The position numbers and the translations under genes are program-made. The notes under the pieces were generated by a model that was not told the origin of the DNA, searched no databases, and worked only from the letters and a program-made list of their open reading frames with translations. Below are positions 10,269-21,987 of a DNA stretch of 64,000 nt, in pieces. The stretch comes from Octopus bimaculoides (Eukaryota): contig NC_069002.1 in assembly GCF_001194135.2 (NCBI RefSeq), positions 3,757,398 to 3,821,397 on the forward strand, given 5' to 3'. The stretch's first letter is position 1. The number at the start of each line of letters is the position of its first letter.

Positions 10269-10269
<1 letters not shown>

Positions 10270-10484
10270 CCTTTCAACTATAGGCACAAGGCCTGAAATT
10301 TGTGGGGAGGGGACTAATCGATTATATCAACCCCCAGTGTTTCACTGGCATTTAATTTATTGACCCCAAAAGGATGAGAGGCAAAGTCAACCTTGGCAGA
10401 ATTTGAACTCAGAACGTGAAGACAGATGAAATGCCACTAAGCATTTTGCCCAGTGTGCTAATGATTCTGCCAGCTCACTGCCTT
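10269..10484 (-). mobile_element. tRNA-derived SINE, family C, embedded in (AAT)n
   Basis: The minus strand reads AAGGCAGTGAGCTGGCAGAATC...TTCTGAGTTCAAATTCTGCC (B-box)...GACTTTGCCTCTCATCCTTTTGGGGTCAATAAA...GGATTATTATT. Other copies lie at about 7920-8260, 14936-15450 (x3), 16609-16814, 20007-20210, 48680-48980 (x2), 51915-52135 and 62085-62175. Confidence 0.8.
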
Positions 10485-10683
10485 ATCAACAACAACAACA
10501 ATAATAATAATAATAATAGCCAAACCACTGAGCCAAGCACCTTCACAATAACAATAACAACATTGACACCAATAACATCAACCCCAGCAACAACAATAAC
10601 AACACCAACATCAACACCATCATCATCAACATCAACAACAATTTATAATAATTACTTGAGGCTGTAAAAATGCGCACACTTAC

Positions 10684-10838
10684 TTTGTCCATGCTGGCAG
10701 CATTCAAACGCATGACAGAAGAATGTGCAATACGGTCAAAGACCGCTCTCATTGCTTTCTTGGAGTAAACAGGCTGTAAACGGAATAACTCATCCATGAA
10801 ATGTTTACTGAACATCGTACCAACGATTTCCTGCAGAA
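10684..10838 (-). CDS. OSCP1: OSCP1 exon 2 (LQEIVGTMFSKHFMDELF...RLNAASMDK)
   Basis: Acceptor tcattccAG, donor AAA|GTAAGT, 155 nt. Hallmark RIAHSSVMRLNAASMDK (OSCP1 LAHASIMxLNxxSMDK). Confidence 0.95.
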
Positions 10839-11016
10839 CTGGAATGACCAAAAATGGAATGGCTTAGTTTTTAATTAGAATTAAGTTAGGTTTAATACAT
10901 TTAAGGCATCGCCACTGCTGCCGCCACTACCACATCCATCCAACCCATGAACACAAAATCAGTGCTGGCCATAATTTCAATAGAAAATCTGTAGGGATAT
11001 ACACATATATAGACAT

Positions 11017-11189
11017 AGGAGTGGCTGTGTAGTAAGTGGCTTGCTTAACGAACCACATAGTTCCGGGTTCAGTCCCACTGCGTGGCACTTTGGGCAAGTG
11101 TCTTCTACTATAGCCTCAAGCCGACCAAAGCCTTGTGAGTGGATTTGGTAGACGGAAACTGAAAGAAGCCCATCGTATATCTGTGTGTG

Positions 11190-11220
<31 letters not shown>
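11017..11220 (+). mobile_element. SINE family A, 5' half
   Basis: GGAGTGGCTGTGTAGTAAG...GGTTCAGTCCCACTGCGTGGCAC...GACGGAAACTGAAAGAAGCCC, then (TG)n. Confidence 0.8.
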
Positions 11221-12155
11221 CTTCAGCCACTTCCTATTCATCATTGTCCACCAGGCCATAACAGATACTGGGTCACACAGAAAGAATAAATTTTAAAATT
11301 TTATTTGTATTTTATTGACTATCACAGTCTGCAGAGTGATTTTTGCATTATATGTAATAATTAAATTATATATTATGCCCTTCATTGTGTTGTGTTAGGC
11401 ATGGAAAGACTGTCTTGCACGAAACTGTCCTGTCCATGGTGCAAAAAATGTTGTGGGCCACTGGTCTACATGCTTTAGGTTACTGTGTACAAGAATCCCA
11501 ACTTACTGTTCATACTATAAAATGGTTTGCTTAGGATGAAAGAAAGTGTAGTGTTGTGAGGTCCCTCTAGTCCTGTCTCACCAAGGATTATTCAATCTCT
11601 GCCTTGTTGTGATGCCAAATGTACTCAGTAGAGTCTGTGAAAGGCTTCATGATAGGAAGAACATCCAGTTGTAGAAACCAAGTGACGCAAATTCATTCAC
11701 AAGGCTTGGTAGCAAACCTGAGACTATGATACTTGCCTAAGGTGTCACTTGGAGACTGGACCTAGAATTATGTGGTTACAAAGTGAACTTTTCAACCCCA
11801 CAACCTTGTCTTAAGTGTGTAAAAGTTTGTTTAAAGTAAGGGAAGGGGGGGGGGGGGAGAAAGCAGAGTTTGTTTGGATTGAGGGAGTGAGGGTAAGTGA
11901 GAGAGACAGACAGACGGATGCGAAGTTATACACAAAAGGAATAGAGTGAAATTTGGGGAGTGAGAAAGAGAGAGAGAGGGAGGGATAAGGATAGAGCAAG
12001 AGACAATAAAAATGAAAGCAATGATAGTGAGAACAATAAGGATAGCGATGAGGCGGAGGATACATACAGGCACACATATGCATACAAACACACACACATT
12101 TACGTACGCATATAAAAGTAAAAATCTTTGAGTACTTTTTTCGTTGTTGTTTTAC

Positions 12156-12267
12156 CTTTTTGCGTTTTGTCCTGCATCACATTCTGTGCATGAAGCCTTT
12201 GGTCCAAGATGTACATCATTTCTCCTCCAAGATTTAAAATCAGGGCCGGCAGAGCACGCAGCGACAT
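12156..12267 (-). CDS. OSCP1: OSCP1 exon 1 (MSLRALPALILNLGGEMMYILDQRLHAQNVMQDKTQK); absent from the supplied ORF track
   Basis: ATG at 12267, donor G|GTAAAA, 112 nt. Hallmark NLGGEMxYILDQRL. The ten exons sum to 1149 nt = 382 aa + stop. Confidence 0.95.
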
Positions 12268-12642
12268 CGTTTTGTCTTTTCTCTAATCTTCGGGACTTAG
12301 AGTTTTTTGTCTTCGACAAGTTTTCAAACTTTTCCCTAGCGCTCTCTCTCTCTCTCTCTCTCTCCTTCTCTCTCTCCTTCTCTCTTTCTCTCTCTCTCCG
12401 ATATTATAGATATATATGTACGTATGTATTATATTTATGTATATGTAGCATGCGTGCGTATATGCTTGTGTGTACGTGTTGTGTTAGTACCCAAGTTCCT
12501 ATTTGCTGAAGTGTTGGGCTGTTTCCAACAGACAGCCAAGTCCGAAATGTCTGCCAAATTCCAACAACTTCGTTATGTTTGTCTCTAAATTGTGTTTTTG
12601 TCTTCTTTATAAAAAAAAGTACGGAGAGAAGCTTTCTCACGC

Positions 12643-12676
12643 TTTGCCTAGCAACTGGGACAAACTGTTGCTAAAC
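12643..12676. promoter_or_regulatory. RFX X-box-like motif(s) upstream of OSCP1
   Basis: TTTGCCTAGCAAC (12643-12655) is one mismatch from GTTGCCTAGCAAC. A half-site GTTGCTAAAC lies at 12667-12676. Both are about 380-410 bp upstream of the ATG. Confidence 0.35.
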
Positions 12677-14818
12677 GGTCGTCACACGAATGTAGCTCAG
12701 ACCACTGTTACACGGTGTCCTCATGTGGATTACACGCTTTTATGTGCTAGAAATAGCAGCTACACCACTCCCAAATACGGACATTTACAAATAAAGAAAA
12801 TAACATAAATTTCTCGATACTCCTTTAAAAAACCGGATAGCCATGGCGGAACTAAACCGAACCAAAGTGGGATTGTCTAGAAATAGAAGCCTAATCTCCC
12901 TCAAACCACAATCTACAATCTTTAAAGAAACAGATTTAATGATGGAGTCCGGGATACCCAACGACTAGAAAAATGACGGGGAAACTTGCGGCTTGTGTGC
13001 CTTCGATGGATCTTGTTTTATCATCGTCCTTTAAAAAATTTTATACATTAGAGGAATGTTTTAACACGACATTCTTACTGTGACCATCACGTCTTCCGAT
13101 CAGGTTGAATTTGAACAACAGTAACATAAATACGTATAACTACACATACACGTAGTGTGTGTGTGTGTGGTTCTCTGTCATAAACACAGACACTAGGTAC
13201 AGTTCCGTTCACATTGAGAAGTTGGGTACAGTTTTATTCTTGGATTATATTGTTTATAATAGGTTTTTCTCTAATAGCATCCAGGGAAACTGTTTCCATA
13301 GGAACCTGTGCGTGACTGCGTTTGTGATTGGTGTGTATGTGTGTGTGTGGGTGTGTGTGTGTATTGATCAGCTCTGGCTCATAATAAATACAAAACAGTA
13401 CTCAACGATATGACAATAGTAAAGATGCATAATAGAGGTTAATTGGTGGTAGCTTTCTAACAAATGCTGCTACATGACTCCGAGTTTCGTGTAAGATCGA
13501 TAGGAATTTTTTTTTTTTTATCTGGCTTGTTCTGAGAACAACTTTCTCCCAGTTTGAAACCTTAAAAAGGGGCGTGGGTGTTGACTGTGAGTATAGTGAC
13601 GCCGTCCATACTGGTTAAAGCACCTTCCCATCTCACTTCTACACACATTCTCATTATCATCATTTAACGTCTGTTTTTCTACGCTGGCATGGGTTGGACG
13701 GTTTTATAGGATCCGGCAAGCTGCAGTGCTGCATTGAGCTCCAATGTCATCTTTGGTATTATTTCTACAGCAGGATGCCCTTCTTAACACCAACCACTTT
13801 ACAGTGTGTACTGGGTGTTTTTTTTTTTTGTTTTTTTGTTTATGCCAACAGCACCAGTGAGATCGTCAAGTCATTTACAAGACATGAAAATAACAGGGAA
13901 AAGGTAAAAACACAGCCACACTATCTCAATAGACTTACCTGTTGTTGTGATGATGCTTGTCAATAGCTGTTGATATCAAAACTGGAGAAACTGTTTCTAT
14001 ATTTCTGAATTAAATTTTCATATATTTCATATAAACAATAACATGTACAAGTTTTACAAGCACCAATCTAGAACAGAAAACAATTAAAGTGAGACAGGGT
14101 TAGTATAACCTTTCAGAATTGAGATTACTCTGTTAAAAAATGTGAAGGCACATGGCTCAGTGGTTAGAGTGTCGGGCTCACAATCATGAGGTAGTGAGTT
14201 TGATTCCCAGACCGAGCTGTATGTTGTGTTCTTGAGCAAGACACTTTATTTCATGTTGCTCCAGTTCACTGAGCTGTAGAAATGAGTTGCAACACCACTG
14301 GCGCCAAGCTGGTGTGGAGAGGAGAGTCCGGTATGCATGGATGACTGCTGGTCTTCCATAAACAACCTTGCCAGTACTTTCTTTTTAAGTCTGACACTTA
14401 TTCTATCAGTCTTCTTTTGCTGAACTGCTAAGTTGCAAGGATGTAAACATACCAACACAGATGGTCAAGTTGCCATGAAGGACAAACACAAACACACACA
14501 CACACATACAAAAAGAGACAGATAGGATAAGTAACAGATTTTTGAAGTATTGTGGGTTGGTTTGTTCAAGTTGGTTTGTTGAAGGTGATACCCCAGCATG
14601 GCCACAGTTCAATAATTGAAACAAAGGAAATAATATATAAAGAAACACAGTTATTATGTTTATAGAAGTCTTTATTATACAACATTTACATGGATTTTGG
14701 TTTTTTATTTGAAAATATAATAATATATTACAAGTTAATCATTAAAAATCATCAGTCAAATAGCTTCAATCAGATTTGTTGGAGACCACATAGGAACGAC
14801 AATAACAACAACAACAAC

Positions 14819-14850
<32 letters not shown>

Positions 14851-15452
14851 TAATAATAATAATAATAATGATAATAATAATAATAATAATAATGATAATA
14901 ATAATAATAATAATGATGATGATGATAATAATTATTCTTTCTACTAAAGGCACAAAGGCCTGAAATTTGTGGGGAGGGGCTAAATCAATTACATCAACCC
15001 CAGTGCATAACTGGTACTTATTTCATCAACCCCGAAAGGATGAAAAGCAAAGTCGAACTCTGCAGGATTTGAACTCAGAATGTAAAGATGGACGAAATAC
15101 CACTAATAATAATAATATATAATAATAATAATAATAATCTTTTCTACTATAGGCACAAGGACTGAAATTTGGTGGGACGGGGCTAATCGATTATATCGAC
15201 CCCAAAAGGATGAAATAATAATAATAATAATGGTTTCAAATTTTGGCACAAGGCCAGCAATTTCTGGGAAGATGATAATAAGTTGATTAGATCAATCCCC
15301 ATTGCTTGACTGGTATTTATTTTATTAATCCCAAAAGGATGAAATACAAAAGCCAATCCTGGTGGCATCTGGACTCAATGTGAAGTCAGAAGAAATGAAG
15401 CTAAGCATTTTTCCCGATTCGGTAACAATTCTGCCAACTTGCTGCCTTGATG

Positions 15453-15484
<32 letters not shown>

Positions 15485-15914
15485 CCCAGGAAAATAGTAC
15501 TAAACATTTTGGCTCACACTCTACAAAAGTTATTGTCCTTGTAATATATTCTGTCTGTATTCGTGTCTTATCACATGAGTCAAGAATGAAAACCCAACAG
15601 GACTGGAAACATTTACACTATAACACCTGCCCTAGGTTACTGGTTGTTGATTGGCACGTATTCATTATCTAGTTGACATCAAAGGGAAAATATGAATCAT
15701 AATATTTATTTTTTATTTTACACATTTGTTTAGCCTTCAATATCTCCGTTAACTTTGAACAAATTTACTAATTTTAAACAAATGTGTTAAGTTTGAACAT
15801 TTTTGCTAATATCTTGAACACTTAAATGCATGTTCTCCAAGATGAACTTAATTCTTCTTTTGGGAAAAGAAACTTGATGTAAAAAAAAAATAATGATAAA
15901 AATAAAAGATAATA

Positions 15915-16530
15915 ATGGTTCTTCCTCTGTGCAAAGCAGAGGGGTACCATAGCCAATGGGGATTATCTGAGGTGTGGTTATTGCTAGTTGAAATAATAAT
16001 ATTAATACAAGAGAAGGTATGACAAGGTCACCAGAATAATCCACTGGGAACTATGTAACAAATTTAGTGTAGGAAAAGCAAGAAAACAGGATGACGTTGA
16101 GTCAAAGGGTGCAGTAAGAAATGACAGAGTTAAGATCCTTTGGTATTGTACTGACAGACAAAGAAGAAAAAAAGTCGTGCCTGATAATAGATATTACTTG
16201 TTCTGGTGACAGCCGAATCATTGAAAAAGAAGTAAACTGATGCAATATGAAATTCTGAGGAGAGAAATCGAAACACTGTGGTCAATGAAAAAGGTGTATA
16301 TTGTCCCAATAATTGTTGGTGCCCAAGGTACAGTGAGTAAGACAATTTTTTAAAAATTAGCTGTAAATATTAGGAATAAAAATGTAAATAGAACAGCATT
16401 TCTTGGTAGTGCAAGGAGTCTCTGCAAAGTCTTTGAGACTTGAAATGAAAGTATGACCTTAGTTCATGAGAAGTGGTCAGCCGGTACAATAATGACATCT
16501 CCAGCAACAAGCTTAGTATGTTAGAAAAAA
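15915..16530 (+). mobile_element. Decayed R4/Dong-like non-LTR retrotransposon 3' fragment (Zn-knuckle + RLE)
   Basis: Broken frames read RRYDKVTRIIHWELCNKF..DRVKILW and TDKEEKKSCLIIDITCSGD..IETLWSMKKVYIVPIIVGAQG, homologous to the intact fragment at 53984-54310. It terminates in (AAT)n at 16551-16608. Confidence 0.75.
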
Positions 16531-16549
16531 TAAAAATAAAAAAAATAAA

Positions 16550-16609
<60 letters not shown>

Positions 16610-17419
16610 TTTGGCACAAGACCAGCAAATTTGGGAGAGGGGATAAATTGATTACATCAACTCCAGTATTCAACTGGCACTTATTTTACTGGTTCCTGAA
16701 AGGATGAAAGGCAAAGTTGACCTCAGCAGAATTTGGACTCAGAATGTAAGGATGGGCAAAATGCCACTAAGTATTTTGCCTGGCATGATAATGATTCTGC
16801 CAGCTCACCGCCTTAATAATAATAATAATAATAATAATAACTACCAGTACCCATGGAAATTCTACAGTAAATATGAAATTGTTTAGATGGTTGTAAGTTT
16901 ATATAGAACCATAAAAATCAGCGTCCCATTACAAATTGTATTCTGCATTTTTTTCATCTAACAAACACCTTTCAGTTCTTCTGATGAAGGTTGTAATTGA
17001 GGGGGCATCACTTTCCCATTCTCTCAACAGTTCATTTATAACTTCTAAGAGCTTCCCAGTAATTACAGAGAATATTCATGTCACAAATGTAACTTTCAAC
17101 CATATGTTTAGTTTTTTTTTACTTTCTCTCTCAGTTTCATCTTGTATTCAATCTTGAATATGTTCCCTTATCTGTTGTAAATACTCACTCTAGTGATGAT
17201 TTCATTTCTTTTCAGTTCAATTTATATCTTCTTTTCTTGCTGTCGATACAAAGTTTGGTTAACTTATCAAGGAGCTCACCACTGCAATCCAGTGTCTGTC
17301 AACAGGAGTGTAGTTTCTGATTAAAGAAAATATTTCTTTTGTAACTACCACTCTCGATAAACTGCAAGACAAGCTACTTATCTGAAACGGAAGTAATTCT
17401 TCAAATAAATTCTGACACA

Positions 17420-18365
17420 GGGTTGAGGTGAAGTCTTCCGTGGCAGCACATAGCATCAGTCAGTACAAACCTTTGTCATCTCCTCCACGAGATGCAACAT
17501 TTTCAGGTCACCCTTCATCACTTTGTCCCAAGTTCTCCTTGGTCCCACTCTTCCACAGGTTCCACTAACTTGGCATGCCTGGCACTTTTGCATGCAGCAG
17601 TCATCCTCCATACACATCAAATGCCTGTACTAGAACAGCCTCTTCTCTTGCGCAATACACCAAATTCTTTTTATACCCAGTTTTTCTCTCGTCTCGTTTG
17701 CGATCTGGCATTTTCACACACTTACACTGCACATCCACTGGAGCATGTAAACTTCATTTTTCACTCACCTTCTGCATTCAAGGCCCAGGTCTTGCTACCA
17801 TGCAGCTTTGCAGTTCTAACACAGGCATCCTACAATCTGCCCTTCACTCTGAATGTTGCCAGCAGTGGTCATGGCTCCCTGGATTTTTTCCAACACATTC
17901 TTACTGTAGCTACTATACTTTCGGAGCGGCCACCTCTTAATCATGTCTCCTAAGTAAAAGAAGCTACTAACTACTCATGACAAGGCATCTGGACAGTTAA
18001 AAGATCTATTTCTATTGTCCATATGGACAGGAGAAGGCTAAGAACTAACCCTTGATGGATCCCTATCTTCACCCCAAATTAGTTACTGAGATCACTGACT
18101 CTTACTTTACAAACTGAATCTTTGTATCTGGCTTCCACAACCCTCACAACCCAATTATCTAAACCTTGATTCCTCACTAACCACCAAATGCTTTCTCCAA
18201 GTCAACAAATACCAGGAATAGAAGTTTGCTCTCAATTAAGTATTTCCTTTGCAGTTGCCTCACTAAGAAGATTGTATCTGTGGCATCTCTTTCAGGCACA
18301 AAGCCAAACTGCATTTCATTTGTGTTCACTCTGATATGGATCAACTGTGCAACAACTCTCTTCAT
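17420..18365 (-). mobile_element. Decayed RTE-clade LINE fragment (RT part + C-terminus)
   Basis: The RT motif QFGFVPERDATDTIFLVRQLQRKY...VFVDLEKAF lies at 18177-18365. C-terminal GRVGPRRTWDKVMKGDL..MTK-like sequence lies at 17450-17600, with many frameshifts. Confidence 0.8.
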
Positions 18366-18859
18366 AACCTAATCTAGCAGTTAATGTTACAAATTTCAAT
18401 ATTTCAGGCTTTGGCCAGGCTATGACACCATCTCTAAGGATATAACCAATTATATAAGCTCCAGAAATACAACTGGTACTTATTTTATCAAATCTATAAA
18501 CTCAACATTATTGTCCATTACTCCTCTTCCTCCTCTTCTGGCTGCTAATTTCGCCAAATCTCACTTTCTACATCTCATACAAAACATCTTTTTCCGTCCA
18601 GTCCTTCCTCCCAGATCAGCAACTCTCTAAGTCTGGAATCCTCACACTATCAAACTTTTACCTGCAAAACATCCATTTACAGATGACCTAGCTACCTGAA
18701 TGTCACATTTATGCTCATCCCGCTGCAATCTTGGAGAATATGCAATGACCACCAATAATGGCCTTCAAACAAATCCAGGAAAGAAAAAGAAAGAAAAAAA
18801 AAAGATACAATAGCCTGGAGATCAGGGAGTCCCAGCAGGTCGAGCTGTTCATTCTTTGC

Positions 18860-19160
18860 ATTGAGAGGTCACAGCTCCAGTACTAAGGACCTACAGGCGT
18901 GTTTAGAATGTTGCAGGAAAGAATCATGAGATGGATTCTTCAAGCTGAGCTGACCAGCAGGAGGCCTAGGGTTAAATCCAAGAATAAGATGGTTGGATGA
19001 TATCCATAGTCTAAGATGGTCGCACTTGGGAATCCTGCTGGAAAGCCTAGTTAAGCTTGCTTTTGATAGGACCCTATTGAGGAGGTACCTGAAAACTCTA
19101 CTTCCACAACCTTCCAAAGAATAGTTGGTGGAGAAAATAACAGATGGATGAATAAAAGAA
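18860..19160 (+). mobile_element. RTE-like LINE 3' end relic
   Basis: AGGCCTAGGGTTAAATCCAAGAATAAGATGGTTGGATGATATCCATAGTCTAAGATGGTCGCACTTGGGAATC resembles the RPRGRPRxRWxD C-terminal motif of RTE ORFs. Confidence 0.55.
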
Positions 19161-20303
19161 AAGAACCAGAACAGCTGATAAAGGGGCCAAAAAGTAGTAA
19201 AAAAAAAAAAGGTTTTTGACAGTTTAAAAACAAAACAACAACAGTAGCAGCAACAGCCAATATATACATATAGTTTTATATAGAGATATTAATTTTTATA
19301 AACTTATTTCCTTGAACATTAAAAAAAAAAAAAATCAGGAAGTTAGTATTACATTTTTGTTGTAACAGTTGAGTCTAAAATATATTAAAAAAAAAATCTC
19401 TTAAACATAAACAAGCAGAACACCGAATGTACATATTTACAATAATAATAATAATAATAATGATAATAATAATAATAAAATTTCAAAAGAAAAAAAATAA
19501 TTGAAAATACAACCCTAGATATTTAACAGGTCAGTGATCTGCTTTCCAAAACAGTAAATGATGTTCTAGCTGTATTTACAATTATATACACATATATTTA
19601 TGTATGTATGTATGTATAGTGTATGTGTGTGTGTGTGTGCATAAAGTAAATGCTAATTTCATGTTTACTGCCTTAAAACAAGTTTAAGAACAACAACAAA
19701 ACATTCACTGATAGAGAAACTCAATATTGAAAGTAGAGTTAAATCTGTTGTAAAACTTGTTTTGTGTGGGACTTTTTTAAGCCAGACAGCTTATTTCAAC
19801 CGACACAAGGTGAATAAGCTGTCGGGCTCAACTTAAAAGTCCTAGTGAAAAAAATAAATGTATGATATATAAGTATTATATATGTATATATATATATCTT
19901 CGTTTTTGTGTTTGTTTTGCAAGATTTTTGATGTTAATTAATGTGTTCAAACAAATCCTGTTGTGTCTTGGAAGAGCCATTACACCAATAATAATAATAA
20001 TAATAATCCTTTCTATTGAAAGGCACAAAGCCTGAAATTTTGGTGGAGGAGACTAGTTGATTACACTGACCCCCCACTCCTTCACTGGTACTTAGTTTAT
20101 TGACCCCGAAAGGATGAAAGGCAAAGTTGACCTCAGTGGAATTTGAACTCATAATTGCAATGGCCAAAATACCATTAAACATTTCATCCGGCATGCTAAC
20201 GAATCTGCCTTAATGATAATAATAGTAATAATAGACACACATACACGGGCTCCATATCACTTTTTTGTTGTTAATTGATTGGTTAGCTATCTAACGAACT
20301 ATA

Positions 20304-20468
20304 TACCATATTTTAACGTATATAAGAAACCCTTTTTTGTCAAAAATTAGGTTAAAAAAATATGGGAGTTTCTTATACATGGATAGTATTATAATCACTT
20401 ACAAAACCTTTTTCCAAATTTTAAGACCCAAAAATTAGGGGGTTCCTTATACACATTGAAATATGGTA
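20304..20468. mobile_element. pogo/Tigger-type MITE (165 bp)
   Basis: Perfect 10-bp TIR TACCATATTT / AAATATGGTA, with inner sub-TIR TATATAAGAAACCC vs GGTTCCTTATACA. Confidence 0.65.
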
Positions 20469-20862
20469 ATCAATTGTTTGTGCTGTGGCAACCCCAACAA
20501 TGATGTACCTCCTCTCTGTTATTATTGGTGTAATTGACCCTTCCAGGACAAACCAATTTGAAATATATGTATTATATATGTATATAAATATATATAAACA
20601 GACAGAAGTTTTCATTTGTCGTTTTCATTTACCACAGCTAGAAATGTACAGAAAAAAATAATAATTTCTTACATTAGCAAAAAGTCACATTTTTTTTTTG
20701 GGAGAAGATTGCAGTCATTAATAAAACTGACTCCAGTTCTTTGGTTTTCATCCTTCCGAGTCCAAAAAAAGTTGCCCATGCTGGAGTTTGAACTTAACAC
20801 ATAATGAAATACCATCAGTTGTTTTGTCTGATGCTCTACAAATTCTGACAATTCAATATCCT

Positions 20863-20893
<31 letters not shown>

Positions 20894-21619
20894 AATAATA
20901 ANNNNNNNNNNNNNNNNNNNNNNNNNNNNNNNNNNNNNNNNNNNNNNNNNNNNNNNNNNNNNNNNNNNNNNNNNNNNNNNNNNNNNNNNNNNNNNNNNNN
21001 NNNNNNNNNNNNNNNNNNNNNNNNNNNNNNNNNNNNNNNNNNNNNNNNNNNNNNNNNNNNNNNNNNNNNNNNNNNNNNNNNNNNNNNNNNNNNNNNNNNN
21101 NNNNNNNNNNNNNNNNNNNNNNNNNNNNNNNNNNNNNNNNNNNNNNNNNNNNNNNNNNNNNNNNNNNNNNNNNNNNNNNNNNNNNNNNNNNNNNNNNNNN
21201 NNNNNNNNNNNNNNNNNNNNNNNNNNNNNNNNNNNNNNNNNNNNNNNNNNNNNNNNNNNNNNNNNNNNNNNNNNNNNNNNNNNNNNNNNNNNNNNNNNNN
21301 NNNNNNNNNNNNNNNNNNNNNNNNNNNNNNNNNNNNNNNNNNNNNNNNNNNNNNNNNNNNNNNNNNNNNNNNNNNNNNNNNNNNNNNNNNNNNNNNNNNN
21401 NNNNNNNNNNNNNNNNNNNNNNNNNNNNNNNNNNNNNNNNNNNNNNNNNNNNNNNNNNNNNNNNNNNNNNNNNNNNNNNNNNNNNNNNNNNNNNNNNNNN
21501 NNNNNNNNNNNNNNNNNNNNNNNNNNNNNNNNNNNNNNNNNNNNNNNNNNNNNNNNTTTATCGACCCTGAAAGGATGAAAGGCAAAGTTGACCTCGGTGG
21601 AATTTGAACTCAGAATGTA

Positions 21620-21657
<38 letters not shown>

Positions 21658-21948
21658 TTTCTAACATATGCACAAAGGTAAAAAAATTTTGGTGGGGGAG
21701 ATAAGAGTTGGCTTTGGCAACATTTGAATTCAAAACATAAGAGATTATAAGTATTGCAAGACATTCTTGCCTGCCACACAAACCAATTCTGCCTAATTGC
21801 TACTCCTTCTTTGATGATAATTTTTTCTTCATCTCCAACCCACCTCCTCACTACAATTCCACAAGAATTCAACATAGAAATTGACTCAATGTGTTCAGTT
21901 AAAGGAAACCCAGTTATATTAATCCAGCTCTGAGTCTCATCAACACTG

Positions 21949-21987
<39 letters not shown>

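Noticed and set aside
17492-17953. 153-aa and 121-aa plus-strand ORFs
   Set aside because: They are antisense to the decayed RTE C-terminus and have no recognisable motif.
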